A stretch of DNA of 62,014 nucleotides, the filler included, from Globobulimina sp. (lineage: Eukaryota), in the NCBI GenBank assembly GCA_003354225.1. It is 26 parts of 26 records of this genome, joined end to end, with 100 filler letters (N's around TTAATTAATTAA, not from the genome) between each part and the next. Parts side by side here need not be neighbours in the genome. Positions count along the whole stretch, not along the records: positions 21,511 to 23,800 come from PIVH01007625.1; positions 23,901 to 26,189 come from PIVH01007626.1; positions 26,290 to 28,578 come from PIVH01007627.1; positions 28,679 to 30,967 come from PIVH01007628.1; positions 31,068 to 33,356 come from PIVH01007629.1; positions 33,457 to 35,745 come from PIVH01007630.1; 20 more parts are not named here. One strand, given 5' to 3'. The number at the start of each line of letters is the position of its first letter. Positions within the stretch are counted from its first letter, which is position 1. The translations under genes and the position numbers were made by a program. Shown one piece after another: positions 22,748 to 33,611 of this stretch. The notes below the pieces were generated by a model. The model did not search any database. It was not told where the DNA came from and saw nothing but the letters and a program-made list of their open reading frames with translations.

Positions 22748-23467
22748 ATGACTTCAAATAATTTGACAAAAAATGATAACAAACTTTTAATATGTGGGTT
22801 TGTCAGAGCAATAAACGAAAAATCATCATCACACATTATCAAAGCTGTCGCCAGTGTCACTCTAAAATATCATTATGTTTCTCATGAATATTTTGTTAAG
22901 ACATTCTCAGATAACCGATGTACTCAATTATTGAGAAGCAATGACAATTTAACAATTACAAATCGAAGGAGTAATGGAGCACAGACGGGATATGGACATA
23001 TTACGATAGATTCAAATGAATTAATATTACATGAATGGAGGTTCAAAATAAAGGAAATGAAGAACTTTTCGTATGGCATAAAACTTGGAATGATTCAATT
23101 TTATTCAAATAAAGCACTTAAAAAGCAACTTATTCATGTTCGGGAAAATAAATATTGTTTTGCTAGCAATGGTGGAGCATTTAATAAAAATAAAGTTGGT
23201 GGGCCGCATGTTGTGTTTTCAGAATCTGACGAATTATCGATGAGTTTGGATTTAACAAAAACAGGAAAGGAAAAGGAAGATTATGGCAGTTTACATTTTA
23301 GTGTTTTAAATAAAAAATCGGAAAAATATGAAATTAAAAAAACATACGATATCAAAACCGGGAAAAATATTCAATACAAAATGTGTGTAATACTTGATGG
23401 CGGAGGATTTGATGATAGTGATCAAGCAATGACATTGTTGGATTATCGCCAAAATTGGCGAGTGTAA
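22748..23467 (+). CDS. SPRY/B30.2-like protein with N-terminal LxxGFVR...YY-type motif
   Basis: HEWRFKI, IKLGMI, FSESDELSMSLDL, GSLHFSV, YKMCVIL beta-sandwich pattern. Confidence 0.6.
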   Translation: MTSNNLTKNDNKLLICGFVRAINEKSSSHIIKAVASVTLKYHYVSHEYFVKTFSDNRCTQLLRSNDNLTITNRRSNGAQTGYGHITIDSNELILHEWRFKIKEMKNFSYGIKLGMIQFYSNKALKKQLIHVRENKYCFASNGGAFNKNKVGGPHVVFSESDELSMSLDLTKTGKEKEDYGSLHFSVLNKKSEKYEIKKTYDIKTGKNIQYKMCVILDGGGFDDSDQAMTLLDYRQNWRV

Positions 23468-23901
23468 CATATTGTATTTTAATAAATTACGATGCCACGA
23501 GAAGAGCCACTCTCACTCTGTTTGAAAACGTTATTTCTTGCTGATCCGTTGAAATCCATATTTATTTGTATCATGTAAACAGACCGAAAAATTTCATCAT
23601 AATAAAAAAGAAATTAGTTTATGGTCATTATGTTTTGAAGAATATAAAATATTGCTATACATAAACTATCACAAACCATCGATCTGTATTATTGCATATA
23701 ATATAGATTGCTGATGGTTTGTTTATAGGTTTCTATTGGGTTTGCAATCTGTTGCATGATATCACCTTCATGCTATTTTTTAGCCATTCTAAGTACAATT
23801 NNNNNNNNNNNNNNNNNNNNNNNNNNNNNNNNNNNNNNNNNNNNTTAATTAATTAANNNNNNNNNNNNNNNNNNNNNNNNNNNNNNNNNNNNNNNNNNNN
23901 A

Positions 23902-25119
23902 ATTCAGACATCTTTATCATGCCACAAACCAGAACCAAACGCACTACAAACACAAGAAACTAAAGACACAGACAAAGAATTACCAGTTGTGATTGCGATG
24001 GAAAATGATAGCAAAAATATTTGCGAGCCAGCTCAGTTTAATGATATCGAAGAAGAAGAGAAAGTGCATGAGAAAGTAGCTGAGATTAAGTATTCCATAT
24101 CGGATTTACTGGAAATGCAACCAAAATATAGGGATATTAACTGGATTATTAATAACAACCAATGTATACCAAGAGATATACGTATTATTTATCAAGATAT
24201 TGATCATAAAGAATTTATGACAGATATTGTTGCATCAATCTCTCGTAAGTGTGATATTCGATTTTCTGATCGCAAAATGTCATCAGATAAGAAAGAAATG
24301 AATATGAAGAAACTGCAGGGCATATTGAACAAAATGACGCCAACAAAATTCGATAAAATAGCATCAGAGACAATGAGCATAATTTCAGATTATGTATCCT
24401 CGAAATCTGAAATGGAACACGTATTACATTTAATATTACAGTTTGGAACAAAGCAATCGATTTTTAGTGGTCAATATGCAAAATTAATTGAATATTTATT
24501 CGATTATTTACCACAAATAAATGAAAATATATCAGCTACATTTCGGAATATGGTTATTATTGAAACTGACAAATTATTTCACAAATACAATGCAGACAAG
24601 TTTAGCGATAAGAAATCATTTATTGCGTTTTTAAAACTGTGCGGTGATTTATATAATGTCAACATGATGCATTCCGGGGTTATATACAAAGGAATAATCA
24701 ACGAATTAAATAATAAAATATCACAAGTTGATATTGAAGCAATGTGCCAATTATTTAAGGAATGTGGTCAGAAATTAGATAATGAAAACACAAATGTTGT
24801 TGATAAATATTTGAGGAAAATCAAAAAACAAGCAAAGAGATTTGATTTTCGAACAAAATGTTTAGTTGATGGTATCTTCGAAATGAGGAATAAAAATTGG
24901 ACGGATCGAATAAAAAAAGAGACACCGAAACAATTAGATGAAATAAAGCAGGAATTTGAGAACGAACAAATTATTAAAGATAAAAAAATACGAAAATATG
25001 ATTATAATAATTATAAAAATAATAGTTATGAAGAAACAACAGGTACAACAAGTGTTAGATATAATCGTTACAGGAATGATGGCAATAATTTGCATTCTCG
25101 TCGTCGTAGATATCGGTAA
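23902..25119 (+). CDS. eIF4G-like protein (eIF4E-binding motif + MIF4G), start uncertain
   Basis: YSISDLL fits YxxxxLphi. LQGILNKMTPTKFDKI, FSGQYAKL, IEAMCQLFKECGQKLD, FRTKCLV...MRNKNW. Confidence 0.88.
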   Translation: MQTSLSCHKPEPNALQTQETKDTDKELPVVIAMENDSKNICEPAQFNDIEEEEKVHEKVAEIKYSISDLLEMQPKYRDINWIINNNQCIPRDIRIIYQDIDHKEFMTDIVASISRKCDIRFSDRKMSSDKKEMNMKKLQGILNKMTPTKFDKIASETMSIISDYVSSKSEMEHVLHLILQFGTKQSIFSGQYAKLIEYLFDYLPQINENISATFRNMVIIETDKLFHKYNADKFSDKKSFIAFLKLCGDLYNVNMMHSGVIYKGIINELNNKISQVDIEAMCQLFKECGQKLDNENTNVVDKYLRKIKKQAKRFDFRTKCLVDGIFEMRNKNWTDRIKKETPKQLDEIKQEFENEQIIKDKKIRKYDYNNYKNNSYEETTGTTSVRYNRYRNDGNNLHSRRRRYR

Positions 25120-26405
25120 TTATTTGTATGTGTAATTGTGCTATATTTGTCATTATACTTTGGATACACAGATATATGGTATTTGAAGTATATTATGATG
25201 AGTTAAAATATTTTTTTTGTGTTGATTTTTCTTTTTTATGTTGTGAAATCATACAATTTATGATTGTGGTGTTCACTGTTCAAACATAAAAGAAATTTTA
25301 TGCATTTATTCATCCTTCATTTCAATTCTTATTTATTTGTGTTTTGAATGTTTAATTGATTTTGAACCATTTAATTTTTCTTTCCCTTATTTTTTGAATG
25401 CTAAATTTAATTTTGTGAGTGACAATTTTTTTGTTGCTGCCTCATCCAACATACACATGTACAAAGGTTGGACTTTAGTTTTCCAAATCCAGCACAAAGT
25501 CAAAACAAATTTATTATCTTTTGGAATATCGTTAAGATTTTTCAAATGATTGTAATCACAACGGGCAGAGCTGTGACGCGAAAATGAATTGACAACAACA
25601 GACAGCATCGTCATGACACTTTTTACAATTTATTTATTTATTTACATTAATTAATAATCCTGTTATCATTATACCAATATTTTCTTTTGAATACCATTCA
25701 AGTTCATCGTTTGAAAAATTGTGATCAACAATTCGACCAATTTTATATGAATTTGGTCTTTGTCTAAGCTGAAAAGCAAAATTAACTGTTAAGGTAGTTG
25801 TGCAATTAGTGTATTGCTTCAATAATTAATACGATCGTCGATTTATTGTCGTATATTGATGGTATTTATCGTATAGTTTCTACAACTGCATCCATAAAAC
25901 TTGCACCTATGCCATTATTGTAGATAAAAAAACAGTTTTTCTAATTTAAATAACAAATCACTTCACTTTGTCACTAACCACTTTCCTTTTTCCTAAAACA
26001 TCCTAACAACACTTTGCACCAACAAAATATGTCCAGAAAAAACGCGCGAATTACAAAAGGTATTATTAACAAAACATTGTGGGATTTAGAAGAAGAATAT
26101 CCTTCAAGCGCTGGGGTTACATTTTATAGATTGACAAAAACAGTGGCGGCCGAACTTGATATAATACTAACAACAACAATCGAAAAAGANNNNNNNNNNN
26201 NNNNNNNNNNNNNNNNNNNNNNNNNNNNNNNNNTTAATTAATTAANNNNNNNNNNNNNNNNNNNNNNNNNNNNNNNNNNNNNNNNNNNNGATATTGGTTG
26301 TGTTCCCGCAGTGAAACAAGTTATTTGCATATTATGTGCGTGCCACTGTGTATAATTTGTGCTAATATCTAGGATGGAATCACCGCGATCTATGGCCGCA
26401 ATACA

Positions 26406-28578
26406 TTGATTTCCGCGGCACAAAATAAGGAGAAAAATGAGGCGATTTATAAGACTGAGTTTGAACGTGTCCGCAAGGCACATTTCTCGTGGCTCAACAA
26501 CGAGGTTTTGAGAGATAATCCATTTTTGAAAGGGATGATCGAGGATAAGATGGAGAAAGAAAAGAAAATGGTCGGTTGTGGCAAGTATTGCATCGAGTTT
26601 ACGATCTCATTGAACCAAAGCAATAAGAATGCGAATGTCAGGCAGTACTTACAATTGTTACACCGGGCGGGGTCGGGCGGGAAGAAGAAACGTAACATAT
26701 TTAATATTGGGTCGCCGTTTATTATCGGCGTGTTATTTAATAATGGCCGTGGTGATAATTTGTACAATCATGTGACAGCGAGCAAGGATGTTCTGACTGG
26801 CTATGACGAGAAGCATTCATATTCCATGGTGTCGCTGCTTGACTTTGCCTGTCGATATCATTACGATGTGCATGACACTGACGATAATTATAGGCATTTA
26901 TTGAACATTCGGCTGCATCCATATCAATTGCAATCATTGAGGTATGCCAATTGCTGCAGTTTCGAGGTTAAATTGCAGTTTTTTTTCATAATGCAACAGA
27001 TGGATGATAGACGAAGAAAATTCAGACATTGGCTTCATGCGACATTTTTATAAATGCAACCGGTTTAAAGACAATACATCGTTTTATTATTCTGCTATAT
27101 TTGATAAATTGATAGTTAATAAAGAGTCCATCCCCCGCTGTCATGGTGGCTTATTGTGCGAGGAAATGGGGCTCGGCAAAACTGTCATTTCTTTGGCATT
27201 GATCAACTGCAATAAATCCAACATAAATAGCAATGCAAATACTTTGATAGAGGCACACAGTGAGTATAGAAATAAAAGCAAAGTGGAGCTAGGACCGCCA
27301 GACGAAAATGGCAGTCATCCCAATGCAAAACGTGTGAATTACAAAGAACTATACAAATGGTACAAAAGTGCTGCGACATTGATTATTGCGCCCACCTCTT
27401 TAGTCGGACAATGGGAGAAAGAGTGCGATGACAAATCCAACAATAAACTAAAATACGTCCGATATTACAGCAGCAGGTCCAGGAACGTCCAGAGGTATAT
27501 TACGAAAGATATCGTATTCACTACATACGGCATTCTGGCCAAAGAAAATGGAGAAAGCTAAGTGTGTCTATATATATTTGTATATATCGACTAAAAAGAA
27601 TACAAAACCATGAGCCAGACCGTAAAACGCATGTTTTGCACCAAATCGAGTGGAAACGCATAATATTGGACGAATCGCATTGTATAAAGAATTCAGGCAC
27701 GCAGTCTTCGCGCGGAATAGCCGCATTACGTGGCCTCAATCGATGGTGTTTGACCGGCACACCTTTTGGTAGACAGCTCGTCGACATTGAGAATCAGCTC
27801 CGTTTCCTCGGCATGGATCTGGACCATTTATCCAAATTATCTTTGAAATCCATCTCAAAATCCAAGCTATTTTCCGGCTGCAGTTATGGCGGCAAAACGG
27901 AATCCATTCCACTGCTAAATGTGATTAAATTGGTGGTGATGCGACATAAAAAAGCGCAGAAGTTTAACAATTTGACCATTGTGGATATGCCGGAGAAGGA
28001 GGAGGATGTCATCCACATTGATTTCACCGACAAACAGCGGGAATATTACAATAAATTATATAACACTGCCAAAGAGCGGTACGAGTACTATAAAAGTATG
28101 GGGAGCATTGGCCGCGGATCCATATCGATTTTGGCCTCGTTGCATCCGGCCAGACAAGCGTGCTCTGGCTATATTTATAACAAACAAGATATTGAATACT
28201 CGTTAAGCGCAGCACAGGCAAAGACCTTCAGATTGCAGGAAATGGTGAAAAATAACATAGATTTAAATTTGTCGTCGACGGAATTGTTCGATATGGCCAA
28301 AGAAGAAGCGTTTGATGACCGGGATGGTGAATGTCCAATGTTATGTTCTGTGCATTTGTGAGACGATAACATATAATAATTCTACCTACAGATGTTATGA
28401 GTGTCCGTTCGAAGATCCGTTGCAAACGCCGTGCAAACATATTTTTTGTAGAGAATGTATCATAGAAATATTAAATAATAAACGAGAATGTCCGATGTGT
28501 CGAACAGCAGTAACTCCGAATCAGTTAAAACGACCGTTGTCCAAAGACAGTGAGAATGAGGAAGAAAATAAAGAGAAT
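26406..28578 (+). CDS. SNF2-family helicase with RING finger (Rad5/HLTF/SHPRH group), partial; introns 26942-26999, ~27557-27618, 28340-28391
   Basis: LHPYQLQSLR|WM, GGLLCEEMGLGKT, TLIIAPTSLVGQW, TTYG, RIILDESH, RWCLTGTP; spliced RING CPICYE..CKHIFCRECI..CPMCR. Confidence 0.93.
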
Positions 28579-28678
28579 NNNNNNNNNNNNNNNNNNNNNN
28601 NNNNNNNNNNNNNNNNNNNNNNTTAATTAATTAANNNNNNNNNNNNNNNNNNNNNNNNNNNNNNNNNNNNNNNNNNNN

Positions 28679-29116
28679 GCGAAAAAAATGTTGTCAACAA
28701 CTGAAGTGCCTGAACTTCCTCTCATATTTGTGGGAGTAAACAAGTATGAAAGTAAATATCATCCAAATTTGTATGGCTTAGTGATTTTGGGACAATATGA
28801 TATACGCACATTCCAAGTAATTAACATGACAATTAATATCACGAAGAGTGTGATTGAAGAGAGAATAGAATCGAATGAATGTGTATATCAATTGGATGTG
28901 TTGTTGAATTGTGACAATAGAGAACTTAAAATTGGATTTGTTAATGAATCTGGAAACAAAACAGAATCTGATATAGAGTATAATTATACAAATATTCCAA
29001 ATTGGGGTTTTGTGCCATACATTGGACTTATTGATCTTTATCTTACTCATACACGGAACTTATCATTCAAAATTATACAAATTGATCCGTCATCTTTCAT
29101 GACATTAGATTTATAA
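28679..29116 (+). CDS. C-terminal fragment of a SPRY-like protein
   Basis: IFVGV, LDVLLNCDNRELKIG, FVPYIGL. Confidence 0.4.
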   Translation, partial: AKKMLSTTEVPELPLIFVGVNKYESKYHPNLYGLVILGQYDIRTFQVINMTINITKSVIEERIESNECVYQLDVLLNCDNRELKIGFVNESGNKTESDIEYNYTNIPNWGFVPYIGLIDLYLTHTRNLSFKIIQIDPSSFMTLDL

Positions 29117-29274
29117 TTAAGATTTAAAATTGCTCCTTCCATAGAACTGTCTGAACTGTTAGCGAATAAAAATCAATGTAGCATTTCAACTATTAAAGCA
29201 GTGCTGATAATAGAATGTTCCATATCCTATTAGAACATTTTATTACTGCCAAAAAACTAAAAACAACAGAAACA

Positions 29275-30186
29275 ATGAGCCACGGATCAGTGCATTGTGA
29301 AGAACCGCAATGGATTGCCACAGGCTTCGTAGTATTGATTACATCAATTATGTTGGCGACGTCATTCATTTTTTTATATAAATACATATCAAATTATATA
29401 TCATCGCCCAAATTATTATTTTGCATTGGATTAACATTTATAATTTGTGTTTGTTTTGCATTGGTATCATATTTAACCATAGAAATTTTTCTCTGCATCG
29501 ATGATAAATTATTTTTTCTCTCAGAAACGATATTTGCAGCATTTTATGCATTGCAATTTTATATGCTTTTATTGGTGTTATTCATGCGTTTATTGTTTAT
29601 TTTGCAAGAGACAGCCTTACAATTATCAAGAATAACAATTGCTTTTTACACATTTTTATATTGTTTAATCCCTGCATTATTTGTAATGGTTTTAGTCGTT
29701 GGTTTTCGCCATCAATTTGGCAAAATATTGGTTATCGTCACACTTTTATTTGTGTGCATATTGATACTCTCGATTTTGATTTTATTTTCAATTCGGCTAA
29801 GCAGAGTTTATCGATTTTGTCATAACGACGATGATTTGATTGACATTATTACAAAAACCACAAATTTAACATTTGTTTCTATTTTCTTCACATTCTTAAT
29901 GGCATTTGTTTCCTCATTTACTTTTCATTATGGTTCATGGCATTATTTTGTGGGAAATATTTTGACGCTCTGCGATTTGTATACTAATTTGCTATGTGTC
30001 GTCATGTCATATTCGTATTTTGATCCATTTTATCATAAAGTGTGTGGTTGCTGTCATACAAAATGTAAATCAATGTGTTCTATCATTGTTAAAAAAGAAC
30101 AAATCCAAGATATCAAAATGATGACTTTGTCTGTAAACTCTGCATCAAAGTCCGCATCTTTAGAATCAATGGACTCCCCACGATAA
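29275..30186 (+). CDS. Orphan seven-transmembrane (GPCR-like) protein
   Basis: Seven hydrophobic segments; LFMRL after TM3, DLYTN in TM7, YHKVCGCCH cytoplasmic tail. Confidence 0.7.
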   Translation: MSHGSVHCEEPQWIATGFVVLITSIMLATSFIFLYKYISNYISSPKLLFCIGLTFIICVCFALVSYLTIEIFLCIDDKLFFLSETIFAAFYALQFYMLLLVLFMRLLFILQETALQLSRITIAFYTFLYCLIPALFVMVLVVGFRHQFGKILVIVTLLFVCILILSILILFSIRLSRVYRFCHNDDDLIDIITKTTNLTFVSIFFTFLMAFVSSFTFHYGSWHYFVGNILTLCDLYTNLLCVVMSYSYFDPFYHKVCGCCHTKCKSMCSIIVKKEQIQDIKMMTLSVNSASKSASLESMDSPR

Positions 30187-31067
30187 CATAATGGTAATTG
30201 TCGTGTGTGTTTTTGTCTATTTGTTTATACATATTTTATATCATTATTAAATATTGTTTTTGCACACATTATTTTTGTATATTACCACATTTTGTACATT
30301 CTAAAGCGATTGTTCTATTTATTGTGTACAATATTTCGAGTCCTCGAAAACATTGTTTAATTGAAAATGATGTGTGCAATATTAAACATATAAATAACTA
30401 GTCTGGTAATTGTCTGTGTGTCTGTTTTTATCTCATTATTAATTATTGTTTTTGCACACATTATTGTTTGTACAGTCGTGTCGAAAACATGTTTGAAAAT
30501 AATGTTTCTACCACTTTGTTGTGGTTTGCTAAGGTCGTTACCGGTTCAGTCAACCTGAAAACAAAGGTTTGTTAATTTCTATCGTTCAATTATCATATGG
30601 AATCACAGGATATCGAACCTATGAGAGGAATTATTGGTGTTTAATAGGATTGCAATGTAAATACGTGCCAGATGATAAGGAAACAGATATAGTTTATGTG
30701 CACATGTTAGTGCATCAACGACAAGAAGCGAAAGGGATGAAATATATTTTTATATTTGCACAAGCTGGTGTTGGTCATAAAGGAGTGGGTGCACAAAAAG
30801 GAGCTGGTGGCCAAATATTTTCTGTTAACTTTTTTGTAAGGAATAACTTGTTTGCACTTTGCAAGGATTCAATTCACAAACAATTATAAAATGACTACAT
30901 TTGCAGATTAAAAATTCAACGTAAGTAAATAAAGTTTGGCTGCGAGTTTTTTAAAAAACCCCATTAANNNNNNNNNNNNNNNNNNNNNNNNNNNNNNNNN
31001 NNNNNNNNNNNTTAATTAATTAANNNNNNNNNNNNNNNNNNNNNNNNNNNNNNNNNNNNNNNNNNNN

Positions 31068-31669
31068 CGCAGTATAAATGCTTGTGGCCTGAAGGAGCGT
31101 GCAAATATTACTCGGAGAGAGAGGATTTAATACCAAATCATTTGAATAAAACCGAAATTGATTCCAAATGGTTAAACAGCGGGACATATATTGCTTATTT
31201 ATATGATATATTGCGTTTATTTGATGATATATTACAATTTGAGATTGTATCCAATCAAGAAATGAGTTTTGATGAAAACGGAAAAGAAATTGTTCGATGG
31301 CGAAGCGACCAAGAAATCATTGTATGGCATTATTTACACAATCAAACACCAAATTGGATCACATTGGATTTCTCCGCAAATATATTTGTCTCAAAAGCGT
31401 ATAACAGACATTTAAGATTAGAGTCATTGAACAATGCTCCTTTGTATTATAATGAAAACATGAAAAACTATCCGTGCATATTACATTTTAATGGAGGAGC
31501 AAAACCCGCCATTCCTCAATTAATTCGACCATTAATTCAGTCTATGTTTGGCGATGCAAATACAAAAATCTCTGGAAATACAAGCATTAAATTTACAACA
31601 AATTATACCGTTTCTCATGATATCAAGTATTCGGTGCTATGTTTGGACCACAAAGCATGGTTTTATTGA
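31068..31669 (+). CDS. PLOD-type glycosyltransferase domain, C-terminal part
   Basis: LWP, WLNSGTYIAY, SDQ, ITLDFSANIF, PCILHFNGGAK. Confidence 0.8.
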
Positions 31670-31820
31670 TCCATTGGATTTAGTAATAATTATTTGAGTG
31701 TGTCGATTTTCAGTCTTGCTGCTACTGTCTCGATCCAGTTGTTGACTTAAAAGTTTTCTTTGAAAATGTAGGCAAGAATCGAAGAGTTGTTTTGAATTAT
31801 CACAAAGCTAAAATCAGTGC

Positions 31821-33107
31821 TCAAAATTTCATATAAACATTTCTGTCTTGATATTTACCAAATCTTTGATTCCAATCATATTCACCGCAATTTACTCTTG
31901 ATTGGTAAACTAAATATTTTTCATCAATTTCAAAAAGATTTCGAATGATGCCATCTTGATAAACATGAACAATATCATAGGAACATGGCGATTGTATTAA
32001 CTGTGGGCATAATAAATGATAGATATTATCTTTTAATTTCAGACTTGGTACATTTTTATGTCCAGCAAATATAATTCGCACAGATTTTTTGTATTTTTCA
32101 AATAATTTTAATAAATGTTTATGATTATAAAATCGTTGCATTCCATCATTATTATGCCCCGACACGCATTCATGTAAAATAAATGAATAATGTGTAAATA
32201 TAAAACATATTTTATTTTTATGATTTTCCAATTCATTGCAAAGCCATTTAAATTGTTTACAATCATCATTTAAATCTTGTTGATTGGGTGCGGATATCAT
32301 TAAAAAATGAAATTTATCACAAATATCAAAACTATAATACCCATTCTCGCCTATGTATCAATGAAATAATTCGGATTTTGATGCAAACTGTTTCAGACAG
32401 TAAAAAAATGAAATTATACCTAAATTAAATGTTTTGTAAAACAATTTTGGTGAAGCTGTAGCATATGATTCATGATTACCAATTATTGGATAACATTTTA
32501 TTTTTGATTTATTTTCAAATATTAACTGTTTCGCTAAATTTAATTCTTTTTTTGAACCAGAATCACAAATATCACCCGGAAAAACTATAAAATTTGATTT
32601 ATGTTTCTTTGCTATGATATCAATATATTTACAACAGAGTTCATTTGCTTTATGATATAACCTCTTACCATGGGATATATTGTCAATATTAATATGCGTA
32701 TCTGCCAATATACCAAATGTAAATAATAATTTACCTTTTGGCTTTTCTAATGTCTCCACCTTTGTACAATATATCTGTTTAAAATTATTGTTATTGATTG
32801 ATGATAATATTAACGTATATTGTTTATCAGATTGCAGTTTATTGAATTTATGATACCAAAAATATACAGTTTGTTTGAATGGATAGTCGCAATCTTTACT
32901 ACTTTGATTTGATGTTTGTAATACTTTTGAATGTGTTAATTCATTGTCTTTTTCTTCAATTTGTTTCTCTTCAATATTAATATTATTATCATCAAATAAT
33001 TTAAGTTCAATCTTATGTGCAATATCATGTAATGTTATGAATGAAACGTGTATAAAATCAATTCCTCGTGTTGTTACATAGCAATCTATCAAGTGATTGT
33101 CACTCAT
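31821..33107 (-). CDS. Calcineurin-like metallophosphoesterase (CpdA-like); intron 32351-32419
   Basis: ADTH, GDICD, IGNHE, FTHY, FAGHKN. A 69-nt GT..AG intron joins FNLG|ENGYYSFD. Confidence 0.88.
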
Positions 33108-33140
33108 TGTTTTACGCAAAAAACACAACTAAGGAAAAAA

Positions 33141-33356
33141 ATGAGCAATGGCAGCGTGTTTGCGATTAAATGCACATTAACTATAATATCCATTATTATT
33201 GCATTGGTGGTAATATATGCAATTTATTTCATACTAAACAGCTCAGAACGGAAGAAAATAAGTATATTAAATCGCAAAACAGATTTACAGTTTCAAAAAA
33301 AGAATAATTCGCAAAGTATTGCTTTTATTCGCCACGGGCAAGCAATTCATAATATT
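33141..33356 (+). CDS. Membrane-anchored histidine phosphatase (phosphoglycerate mutase family), 3'-truncated
   Basis: N-terminal TM helix followed by IAFIRHGQAIHN. Confidence 0.75.
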
Positions 33357-33611
33357 NNNNNNNNNNNNNNNNNNNNNNNNNNNNNNNNNNNNNNNNNNNN
33401 TTAATTAATTAANNNNNNNNNNNNNNNNNNNNNNNNNNNNNNNNNNNNNNNNNNNNGAAGGTGAGTCCATTACTTCAACTACTTCAACTACTTCAAAACA
33501 TGTCTTCACGCCAGTTTGTGAAAATAATCAATTGGTGAACTTCCCTATTGTACTCCCTTTGTTTTTCTTTATTACTTTTATTTATTTTATATCTCGAGTA
33601 CCGTTATCTAT

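Noticed and set aside
25337-26189. Short ORFs downstream of eIF4G
   Set aside because: Fragmentary with no recognisable family; possibly decayed sequence.
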